Shown here: positions 55,922-64,000 of the stretch, in pieces
How the letters are laid out: each line of letters opens with the position of its first letter
Position numbering within the stretch: position 1 is the stretch's first letter
Origin: an uncultured Aliarcobacter sp.
GTDB taxonomy: Bacteria; Campylobacterota; Campylobacteria; Campylobacterales; Arcobacteraceae
Assembly: GCA_963677435.1 (NCBI GenBank)
Contig: OY781945.1
Location: 608,001 to 672,000 of the forward strand
Length of the DNA stretch: 64,000 nt
Direction: 5' to 3'
The notes under the pieces: model-generated
Database searches by the model: none
Told to the model about the DNA's origin: nothing
The model's input: the letters and a program-made list of their open reading frames with translations, nothing else
Position numbers and translations under genes: made by a program

Positions 55922-56739
55922 TTAATATCAAAAAGTTTGTGAAAAATGCCATTATTGAAGATAATGGAAGAGGGGATTTATTCTTCGATGTTGCTCCAAA
56001 AGGAAGATTTACGGCAAGAGCTGTTTGTAAATCAGATGGTATTTTAGCTGGTGTTCAATATGCAAAAGTACTAGCAAGAACAGAGAAATTTGATTGTAAA
56101 TTTCTAAAGAATGATGGTGATGAAATAAAAGCAGGTGATATTATTGCAGAACTTGAAGGTAAAGCTTCAATTTTATTATCATCTGAGAGAACTTTTTTAA
56201 ATATGCTTCAACATGCATCTGGAATTGCAACAATGGCAAATAAATATGCAAAACTTATGGAAGGCACAGGCGTAGTTTTACTAGATACTAGAAAAACAAG
56301 ACCACAACTTAGAGATTTTGAAAAATATGCTTCAAGAGTTGGTGGTGCTATAAATCATAGACTTGGACTTGATGATTGTTTAATGTTAAAAGATACTCAC
56401 TTAAGAACTATTGATAATCTTGAAGAGTTTGTAAAAAAAGCAAGAAAAAGAATTTCTTGGGTTACAAAAATAGAGATAGAGTGTGAAACATTAGATCAAG
56501 TAAAAGAAGCAATGCATGCAGGTGCTGATATTATTATGTGTGATAATATGACAATAGAACAGATAAAAGAAGTTGTTGTTTTTAGAAATGAAAATTATCC
56601 ACATATTTTATTGGAAGCAAGTGGAAATATTAATTTAGAAACTATTAGAAATTATGCTTCAACGGGTGTTGATGCTATTAGTAGTGGAAGTATAATTCAT
56701 CAAGCAACTTGGCTTGATTTTTCTATGAAGTTTGATTAG
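55918..56739 (+). CDS. nadC: Nicotinate-nucleotide diphosphorylase (carboxylating)
   Basis: DTRKTRP, HRLGLDD, EASGNI. Confidence 0.96.
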   Translation: MINIKKFVKNAIIEDNGRGDLFFDVAPKGRFTARAVCKSDGILAGVQYAKVLARTEKFDCKFLKNDGDEIKAGDIIAELEGKASILLSSERTFLNMLQHASGIATMANKYAKLMEGTGVVLLDTRKTRPQLRDFEKYASRVGGAINHRLGLDDCLMLKDTHLRTIDNLEEFVKKARKRISWVTKIEIECETLDQVKEAMHAGADIIMCDNMTIEQIKEVVVFRNENYPHILLEASGNINLETIRNYASTGVDAISSGSIIHQATWLDFSMKFD

Positions 56740-56747
56740 GATTTGAT

Positions 56748-57734
56748 TTGAAAAAAGATTTTATAACTAGTAATAAAGTTGATATGTCAGAATATACAAA
56801 AGCATTAGAGCTTATTGAAAAAAGTAGATATATTTTAATAATTACTCATGTAAATCCAGATCCAGATTCTATTGGTTCAGCCTTAGCTTTATCAAATCTA
56901 TTTCATGAAAATAAAATAAAACACAAAGTGTTTAACATAAGTTCTGATTTACCTCAAAATCTTGATTTTATACCAAGATTTGAAAAAATAACTGATCAAT
57001 TACCTGCTTTTTTTGATTTAGCAATAAGTGTTGATTGTGGAACTTATAAAAGATTAGGTTTTGAACTTGATCCATCAATTCCACTTATTAATTTTGATCA
57101 TCATAAATCAAATAATAGTTTTGGAGCTGTAAATATTGTTGATTCTCAAAAAAGTTCAACTGCTGAATTAGTTTTTGAATTTTTCAAGCATAATGGTTTA
57201 TATATAACAAAAGATTCTGCAACAGCACTTTATGTTGGGATATATGATGATACTTTAGCATTTTCTCTAGGAAGATGTGATGAAATGACTTTTGAAAAGG
57301 TTAACTTTTTAGTAGAGTGTGGGGCAAGTCCTTCTGGAATTGCGAATCAACTTTTAAGAAGAGATTCTTTGGCAAAATATAGAATTATTCCAAAGGTTTT
57401 AGATAGTTTAGAATTATTTAAAGATGGAGAAGTTGCTTCTATTATTGCGAAAGAAGAGTGGTTTAAACAAACGGGTGCTCATAACAGAGATTGTGAAGAT
57501 GCCCTTGATATGATTATGAGTATGGCGATTGTAAAAACTGCAATATTTGTAAGAGTAGTTAATGGTGTCTCAAGGGTATCTTTAAGATCAAAGGGACAAA
57601 TTGATGTTTCTAATGTAGCCATGAAATTTGGTGGCGGTGGACATTTTAATGCATCTGGTTGTACATTAGAAATATTAGATGTTGACAAAGCAAAAGAAAT
57701 TGTATTAAAGGAAATTTTTGAAATTTACAAATAA
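56748..57734 (+). CDS. DHH family phosphoesterase (NrnA-like)
   Basis: HVNPDPDSIGS, DHH, GGGGHFNASG. Confidence 0.92.
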   Translation: MKKDFITSNKVDMSEYTKALELIEKSRYILIITHVNPDPDSIGSALALSNLFHENKIKHKVFNISSDLPQNLDFIPRFEKITDQLPAFFDLAISVDCGTYKRLGFELDPSIPLINFDHHKSNNSFGAVNIVDSQKSSTAELVFEFFKHNGLYITKDSATALYVGIYDDTLAFSLGRCDEMTFEKVNFLVECGASPSGIANQLLRRDSLAKYRIIPKVLDSLELFKDGEVASIIAKEEWFKQTGAHNRDCEDALDMIMSMAIVKTAIFVRVVNGVSRVSLRSKGQIDVSNVAMKFGGGGHFNASGCTLEILDVDKAKEIVLKEIFEIYK

Positions 57735-59097
57735 TAAAAACGGAAAAGTATTTTGGATTTTTATAATCCTTCTTGTTGTAGTTATGGCTTTAGTAGCCTT
57801 TTTATTTTTATCTCCAACTTTTGAAAGAGTTGCACCTAAAATATCAATTGACAAAGAGATTTATTGGAATCTACAAAAACCAATAAAAGTTGATATCTCA
57901 GATAATAATGATATAAAAACATATGATATTACATATGATGATGGGCAAAAACAAACAAAATTAGAGACAAAAGTTACTAAAAACGAAAAAGGTCTAATTG
58001 AATTAGAAATTTTGCCTCCTTCTTTTAATGAAATGTACAAACCAAAAGATGGAACAATTAAAATTGATGTTTATGATGCAAGTAAATGGAATTTCTTTAG
58101 AGGAAATCAAGCAGTAAGTAGTTCAAAAGTAATTATTGATAAAAAAAGTCCAGTTGCAAATGTAATTACAAACTCATATTTATTAAGACAAGGTGGAAGT
58201 GGTGTTGTAATTGTGGAAGTTTCAGATGAAAATTTAAAAGATTTTTATATTTCATTTAATGATGAAGAATTATTTGAACTTTTCCCTTTTTATAAAAAAA
58301 ATTATTATATAGCAATTATTACTTGGCCTGTAAAAATAAAAGAGTTTAGTAGAGTAAATTTAGTAGCTGTTGATATGGCAGGAAATAAAAGTGTTGCAAA
58401 AGTTCCATTTTATATTAAAAGTTTTCAAGAAAAAGATGATGATATAAAAGTATCAGATGATTTTATTCAAAATGTTGCTAAACAAGTATTAGAAAAAAGT
58501 GATGTAAATATTCCAACAGATCCTATAGATATTTTCTTAAAAACAAATAAAGAAGTTAGAGAAAAAAATATTAAAACTATAAGAGATGTCGTAAGAAAAA
58601 ACTTCTCAAATAATTTAGTTACATCATATGACTTAAAAACATTTTTAAGATTAGAAAATTCTGCAACAGTTGCTGGTTATGGAGAAAGAAGAAGTTATTT
58701 TTATAATGATCAAAAAGTTGATGAAGAGTGGCATTTAGGAATGGATTGGGCAAGTGTTAAAAGAGCACCAATTAAAACTTATAATGATGGTAAAGTAATA
58801 TTCAAAAACTATCTAGGTATTTATGGAAATTCAATAATAATAGATCATGGAATTGGACTGGCTAGTCTTTATGCACATACTAGTAGTTCAAATGTTGAAT
58901 TAAATGATGAAGTTAAAGCTGGACAACAAATAGCAAATACGGGATCAACTGGAGCTGTATTTGGAGACCATTTACACTTTGGAATGTTGGTTCAAGGAAT
59001 AGAAGTAAACCCTAATGAATGGCAAACAAAAGATTGGATAAGTACAAATGTAACTAAAACAATTAATGATGCTGTGAAAGTGATTAATACTAAATGA
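57718..59097 (+). CDS. M23 family metallopeptidase
   Basis: HLGMD, YAH, GDHLHF. Confidence 0.92.
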   Translation: MKFTNNKNGKVFWIFIILLVVVMALVAFLFLSPTFERVAPKISIDKEIYWNLQKPIKVDISDNNDIKTYDITYDDGQKQTKLETKVTKNEKGLIELEILPPSFNEMYKPKDGTIKIDVYDASKWNFFRGNQAVSSSKVIIDKKSPVANVITNSYLLRQGGSGVVIVEVSDENLKDFYISFNDEELFELFPFYKKNYYIAIITWPVKIKEFSRVNLVAVDMAGNKSVAKVPFYIKSFQEKDDDIKVSDDFIQNVAKQVLEKSDVNIPTDPIDIFLKTNKEVREKNIKTIRDVVRKNFSNNLVTSYDLKTFLRLENSATVAGYGERRSYFYNDQKVDEEWHLGMDWASVKRAPIKTYNDGKVIFKNYLGIYGNSIIIDHGIGLASLYAHTSSSNVELNDEVKAGQQIANTGSTGAVFGDHLHFGMLVQGIEVNPNEWQTKDWISTNVTKTINDAVKVINTK

Positions 59098-59999
59098 AAC
59101 AAAGAACAATAGCAAAAAGTACTGAAATAGTTGGAATTGGACTACATAAAGGCGTGCCTGTAAAAATGAGACTTGAACCACTAGAAAGTGACATGGGAAT
59201 AGTTTTTTATAGAGTTGATGCAGGTGTTACAATCCCTTTAAAAAAAGAGTATGTAGTTGATACTAAAATGGCAACAGTAATTGGTAAAGATGGGGTAGTT
59301 GTTTCAACAATTGAGCATTTATTATCTGCACTTTATGCCTATGGAATTGATAATTTAAGAATTGTTATAGATAATGATGAAGTTCCTGTTCTTGATGGAA
59401 GTTCTGCTGGATATTGTATGTTAATTGAAGAAGCAGGAATAAAAGAGCTTGATAAATCAAAAAAAGCAATTAAAATTAAAAAGATGGTAGAAGTTACAAC
59501 TCCTGAGGGAAAAAGAGTTTGTTTGAAACCATCAAATAGAATTGTTTATGATTTTGAGATTACTTTTGATCATCCAGCAATTGGAAAACAAAATTTCCAT
59601 TTTGATTATTCAATTGCTGAATATAAAGAAAACATAAGTCGAGCAAGAACATTTGGTTTTTTACATGAAGTTCAATATTTAAGAAGTATAGGATTAGCCC
59701 AAGGTGGTTCTATGGAAAATGCTATTGTTCTTGATCAAACTAAAGTTTTGAATCCTGAAGGTTTAAGATTTGATGATGAATTCGTAAGACATAAAATCCT
59801 AGATGCAATTGGTGATATGGCTTTACTTGAATATACAATGGTAGGTGAATATGATGCAATTGCAGGAAGTCACCATTTAAATCACTTATTAACTAAAAAA
59901 CTTTTTGAAAGTGCTGATAACTATGAAATTATAGATTTAGAAGAAGCAAGTAGTGAAGCAATTGTATTTGAACTTGCTTATGCAAATGCACAAAATTAA
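59094..59999 (+). CDS. lpxC: UDP-3-O-acyl-N-acetylglucosamine deacetylase
   Basis: GIGLHKG, TIEHLLS, ARTFGF, HKILDAIGD. Confidence 0.97.
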   Translation: MKQRTIAKSTEIVGIGLHKGVPVKMRLEPLESDMGIVFYRVDAGVTIPLKKEYVVDTKMATVIGKDGVVVSTIEHLLSALYAYGIDNLRIVIDNDEVPVLDGSSAGYCMLIEEAGIKELDKSKKAIKIKKMVEVTTPEGKRVCLKPSNRIVYDFEITFDHPAIGKQNFHFDYSIAEYKENISRARTFGFLHEVQYLRSIGLAQGGSMENAIVLDQTKVLNPEGLRFDDEFVRHKILDAIGDMALLEYTMVGEYDAIAGSHHLNHLLTKKLFESADNYEIIDLEEASSEAIVFELAYANAQN

Positions 60000-60007
60000 G
60001 GTTAAAA

Positions 60008-60460
60008 TTGATTGAAGTTTTAGTAATTACTATTTCTAATCCTTTATTGATTGGAATTTATGAGAATAAGAAATTAATAAAAGAGCATAAACTTGATGGT
60101 AAAACATCTGATTTACTACCAAGTTTATTTGAAGAACTTATAGCAGAATATAATATAAATAAAATAATTTATGTTAATTCTCCGGGGTCATTTATGGCAA
60201 TTAAAGTTGCTTATATATTTTTAAAAACAATTAGCATTACAAAAAATATTAAATTAGAAGCCTGCGATGGTTTTGAGTTTAATCAAAATTCTGCAATAAA
60301 AGCTTTAGGTAAAAAATACTTTATAAAAGTAAATAACAAAATTAAAGTAGACTTTTTAGAAAAAGATAGTATAATCCACGACTTTAAATTACCTATGTGT
60401 ATAGAAAAATATAAATTTAATGAAGAAACACTGCCGATATATAATTTACCAGCTGTTTAA
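60008..60460 (+). CDS. Short TsaB/YeaZ-like protein
   Basis: [10 protein letters not shown] resembles the GPGSFTGxR motif; between lpxC and thrB as in Campylobacter. Confidence 0.65.
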   Translation: MIEVLVITISNPLLIGIYENKKLIKEHKLDGKTSDLLPSLFEELIAEYNINKIIYVNSPGSFMAIKVAYIFLKTISITKNIKLEACDGFEFNQNSAIKALGKKYFIKVNNKIKVDFLEKDSIIHDFKLPMCIEKYKFNEETLPIYNLPAV

Positions 60461-60471
60461 GAAGGAAATGG

Positions 60472-61353
60472 ATGAAAGTAAGCGTTCCAGCTACTAGTGC
60501 AAATTTAGGCCCAGGTTTTGATTGCTTAGGTCTAGCAATATCTATGAAAAACCAAGTAATTATCAGACCATCAAAATTTCATAGTGTATCTTTAAAAGGT
60601 GAGGGTGCTAATAATCCTGCTTTGAAAGATAATAATATGTTTATATCAATCTTCAATGATTTTTATCACAATTTATCATATAAAAAAAGACATTTTAGAT
60701 TTGAATTTCAAAATGAAATTCCATTATCTAGAGGATTAGGTAGCTCATCAGCTGTTATTGTTTCTGCAATTGCAAGTGCTTATGCAATTGAAGGTATAAA
60801 ACTTGAAAAAGATAAATTATTGAATTTAGCCTTAGCCTATGAGAATCATCCTGATAATATTACACCAGCTGTTATGGGTGGATTTAATGTAGCTTGTGTT
60901 CAAGAAAATGAGGTTAGATATATTCATAAAGATATACCAAAAAGTTTAAAAGCAGTTGTTGTTGTACCAAATAGAGCAATTTCAACTCAACTTTCGAGAA
61001 AAACTCTACCTTTTAAATATTCAAAAGAAGATACCGTTTTTAATATTTCACATTCATCTTTATTAACAGCTGCTTTTATGGCAGAAGATTGGGAAATGTT
61101 GAAAAATGCTTCACATGATCAAGTTCATCAGAAATATAGAATGAAACAGATGCCTGAACTTTTTGATGTACAAAAAACTGCATTGAAAGAAGGTGCTTTA
61201 ATGAGTACTTTATCTGGTTCGGGTTCAACATTATTTTCAATGGCATATGCTGATGATAGTAAAAATCTAGAAAAAGCTTTAAAGCTTAGATTTCCTCATT
61301 TTAAAGTGTTTGTAGCCGATTTTGATAATGTCGGTGTGAGAATAGAAATTTGA
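60472..61353 (+). CDS. thrB: Homoserine kinase
   Basis: [26 protein letters not shown]. Confidence 0.97.
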   Translation: MKVSVPATSANLGPGFDCLGLAISMKNQVIIRPSKFHSVSLKGEGANNPALKDNNMFISIFNDFYHNLSYKKRHFRFEFQNEIPLSRGLGSSSAVIVSAIASAYAIEGIKLEKDKLLNLALAYENHPDNITPAVMGGFNVACVQENEVRYIHKDIPKSLKAVVVVPNRAISTQLSRKTLPFKYSKEDTVFNISHSSLLTAAFMAEDWEMLKNASHDQVHQKYRMKQMPELFDVQKTALKEGALMSTLSGSGSTLFSMAYADDSKNLEKALKLRFPHFKVFVADFDNVGVRIEI

Positions 61354-61389
61354 AAATCTTTGATATTAAGTATATTTTAGGTATAATAT

Positions 61390-61665
61390 TTGCCTAGTTT
61401 AAAAAAGACCTTAAGAACTTGTGTCGTTTGCAGAGGCAAATTTGAACAAAAAGAGTTATTAAGACTAAAATGTGAAGAGAAGAAATTATTGTTTTACAAT
61501 AATTATGGTAGAAGTTTTTATATTTGTGGAGAGTGCGAAAAACATTTGCAAACGGATATAAACGGAAAAGATTATAAAAAAATCGAAAAATCACTCTGTA
61601 GAGAGTGTAAAAATAAAGATAAGTATGTCACACAACTTAAGGAGATGCTAACAGATGTCAGATAA
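61390..61665 (+). CDS. DUF448/YlxR family protein
   Basis: RTCVVCR...GRSFYIC; immediately upstream of infB. Confidence 0.85.
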   Translation: MPSLKKTLRTCVVCRGKFEQKELLRLKCEEKKLLFYNNYGRSFYICGECEKHLQTDINGKDYKKIEKSLCRECKNKDKYVTQLKEMLTDVR

Positions 61666-64000
61666 AGTAAGAGTATATGAAATTGCAGAAGAAGCGGGAG
61701 CAAGTAGCCAAGATGTAATTGCGAAAGCTAAAGATTTAGGAATAGAACTAAAATCACCGCAAAGTGCAGTATCATATGAAGATGCTGAAGAAATCACAAA
61801 GTATATCATGACTGGAAACAGTTCAAGATTACCTAGTAAGCCAGCATCAAAAGCAAAAAAAGTTATTGAAAATAAGATTCCAGAAATTAGCGAAGAAGTA
61901 AAAGAAGTAAAAGTAGAATTAGAAAAAACTGAAGTTATTGAAAAAAAAGAGACTGAAGTTATAAAAAAACCTGAATTAAAAAAAGTTGTAATTTCTAAAC
62001 CTATTTCAAAACCTGCTTTAAAAACTCAAGAAGAATTAGACAAACCTGAAGTTAATCCTGATAATGCTAACAAAATAGTACCTAAAAGAAGAGGTCTTGT
62101 TATTGTTAAAAAGAATAAGCCTAAAAAAGAAGAACCAATAGCTAAACCATTTGAGGCTGAAATTCAACCTAAAAAACAAATGAAATCACTAAGTGAAATT
62201 CTTGGATCTAATGATGAAGATGATAAATCAACTGGCGATAATAATTTAAATGATGAACAAAGAAGAATAAATAGAATTAAAAAAGAGAAAAAGAAAACTA
62301 TTGTAAGAGCTCAAGATCATGGTAAAAAACTCGATGTTAATAGAACTTATACAGATGATTTTGTAAGTTCAGATGATTCTTTACTTGGAGAAGAAGTTGT
62401 TCTTCTTGATATGGATTTAGGAGATGGTTTTAAAATTTTTGATGAGCCAAAACCTCAAAATCCTGCAAAACAATCTAGATCTTCAAGACCAGCTGCATTT
62501 GGAAATGCACCACAAGGTTTAAAAAGAGGAAAAAGAAAGAAAAGAATTGCAAGAACTCAAGAATTAGTTGAAATTACTGAAGTTACAATTCCAGAAGATA
62601 TTAGAGTTTATGAATTTGCAGAAGCTTGTGGTAAATCACCTGCTGAAGTGATTACTGTATTATTTTCATTAGGAATGATGGTTACTAAAAATGACTTCTT
62701 AAAACAAGATGAATTAGAAATTCTTGGAGAAGAGTTTGGAATTGAAGTAACAGTAAGAGATGCTTTAGAAGATGTAAATTATGTTGGTGATTATAATGAT
62801 GGTGAAGAAGATATTGATGATTCATCATTTGTTACTAGACCACCTGTTGTTACTATTATGGGACATGTTGATCATGGTAAAACATCATTATTAGATAAAA
62901 TAAGATCTTCAAAAATTGCATCTGGTGAAGCTGGTGGAATTACGCAACATATCTCTTCTTATACAGTAGAAAAAAATGGACAAAAAATCACATTTGTTGA
63001 TACTCCAGGACATGCTGCTTTCTCTGCTATGAGATCAAGAGGAACTGCGATTACTGATATTGTTATTATTGTTGTTGCTGCTGATGATGGTGTTAAGCCA
63101 CAAACTGAAGAAGTTATTGCTCATGCAAAAGCTAGTGGTTGTCCTATTATTATTGCAATGAATAAAATAGATAAAGAAACTGCTAATATTGATATGGTAA
63201 AAGCTCAAATGGCTGAAAAAGGTATGACACCTGTTGATTGGGGTGGAGAAACTGAATTTATCGGTGTATCTGCAAAAACAGGTGCAGGAATTGAAGAGTT
63301 ACTAGAAAATATTTTAATTCAATCAGAACTTCTTGAACTTAAAGCTGATCCAACTGCAAAAGCTAAGGCTGCTGTTATTGAGTCTTCTTTAGAAAAAGGA
63401 AGAGGGCCAGTTGCTACTATTATTGTTCAAAATGGTACTTTAAGAATTGGTGATAATATTGTTTGTGATACTACTTTTGGTAGAGTAAAAGCAATTACAG
63501 ATGATAATGGTAAGCCAGTTAAAGAACTTGGACTATCTGAAACAGGTACTGTTTTAGGTTTAAATGATGTTCCTACAACAGGATCTGTAATGGTTGTTAT
63601 GGATACAGATAAAGAAGCTAGAGATATCGCTACAACTAGAGCTGAGCATGCGCGTGCTAAAGAGTTATCTAAATCTACAAAAGTTTCATTAGAAGAGATG
63701 AGTGGATTAATCGCTGAAGGTAAAATTAAACAACTTCCTGTAATTATTAAAACAGATGTTGGTGGTTCACTTGAAGCTATTAAAGGTTCATTAGAAAAAA
63801 TTGCTAATGATGAAGTAAAAGTAAAAGTAATTCATGCAGCAGTTGGTGGAATTACAGAGTCTGATTTAGTTCTTGCTGGTGCATCTGAAGGATGTATTAT
63901 TTTAGGATTTAATGTAAGACCTACAGGTTCAGTTAAAGCAAAAGCAAAAGCAGATGGTGTTTCAATTAACACATATTCAATTATTTATGATTTAATTGAT
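61655..64000 (+). CDS. infB: Translation initiation factor IF-2 (3'-truncated by window edge; not in ORF track)
   Basis: ATG 61655 MSDKVRVYEIA; in-frame RPPVVTIMGHVDHGKT at about 62840 and DTPGHAAF; still in frame at window end. Confidence 0.97.
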   Translation, partial: MSDKVRVYEIAEEAGASSQDVIAKAKDLGIELKSPQSAVSYEDAEEITKYIMTGNSSRLPSKPASKAKKVIENKIPEISEEVKEVKVELEKTEVIEKKETEVIKKPELKKVVISKPISKPALKTQEELDKPEVNPDNANKIVPKRRGLVIVKKNKPKKEEPIAKPFEAEIQPKKQMKSLSEILGSNDEDDKSTGDNNLNDEQRRINRIKKEKKKTIVRAQDHGKKLDVNRTYTDDFVSSDDSLLGEEVVLLDMDLGDGFKIFDEPKPQNPAKQSRSSRPAAFGNAPQGLKRGKRKKRIARTQELVEITEVTIPEDIRVYEFAEACGKSPAEVITVLFSLGMMVTKNDFLKQDELEILGEEFGIEVTVRDALEDVNYVGDYNDGEEDIDDSSFVTRPPVVTIMGHVDHGKTSLLDKIRSSKIASGEAGGITQHISSYTVEKNGQKITFVDTPGHAAFSAMRSRGTAITDIVIIVVAADDGVKPQTEEVIAHAKASGCPIIIAMNKIDKETANIDMVKAQMAEKGMTPVDWGGETEFIGVSAKTGAGIEELLENILIQSELLELKADPTAKAKAAVIESSLEKGRGPVATIIVQNGTLRIGDNIVCDTTFGRVKAITDDNGKPVKELGLSETGTVLGLNDVPTTGSVMVVMDTDKEARDIATTRAEHARAKELSKSTKVSLEEMSGLIAEGKIKQLPVIIKTDVGGSLEAIKGSLEKIANDEVKVKVIHAAVGGITESDLVLAGASEGCIILGFNVRPTGSVKAKAKADGVSINTYSIIYDLID

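Noticed and set aside
61850..62300. Repetitive Lys/Glu-rich sequence (e.g. actgaagttat twice)
   Set aside because: Low-complexity N-terminal linker of IF-2, not a repeat array

Overview
A very AT-rich bacterial chromosomal window, most likely from an Arcobacteraceae (Campylobacterota) genome, judged from protein sequences and Campylobacter/Helicobacter-like gene order. It is mostly core housekeeping genes: purQ-plsC-crcB-tatA-argS, nadD/rsfS, gap-pgk-tpiA-fabI, lysA-pheA-hisC-dxs, alaS, trxAB-dapB-purF, uvrD-truB-ispE-smpB, the cbb3 oxidase ccoNOQP cluster with accessory genes and addB, prfB, folB/plsY, nadAC, lpxC-thrB and a partial infB. There are two accessory-looking blocks: transporters plus tandem NlpC/P60 genes at 15.6-22.5 kb, and a MarR-regulated FUSC efflux operon at 44-49 kb. 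Two major-outer-membrane-porin paralogs flank a cytochrome c. I saw no rRNA, tRNA, CRISPR array, transposase or phage gene. The most interesting unexplained signals are non-coding: a 146-bp nested palindrome (MITE/RPE-like) after fabI, a candidate Fur-box-controlled hairpin sRNA at about 17.85 kb, a GC-rich structured porA leader, and a phased GTTAATT repeat shared by the ccoN and porA promoter regions. Two small membrane ORFs missing from the ORF track were found, and csrA and addA are absent from their usual positions. All calls were made by eye; no searches or folding programs were run.
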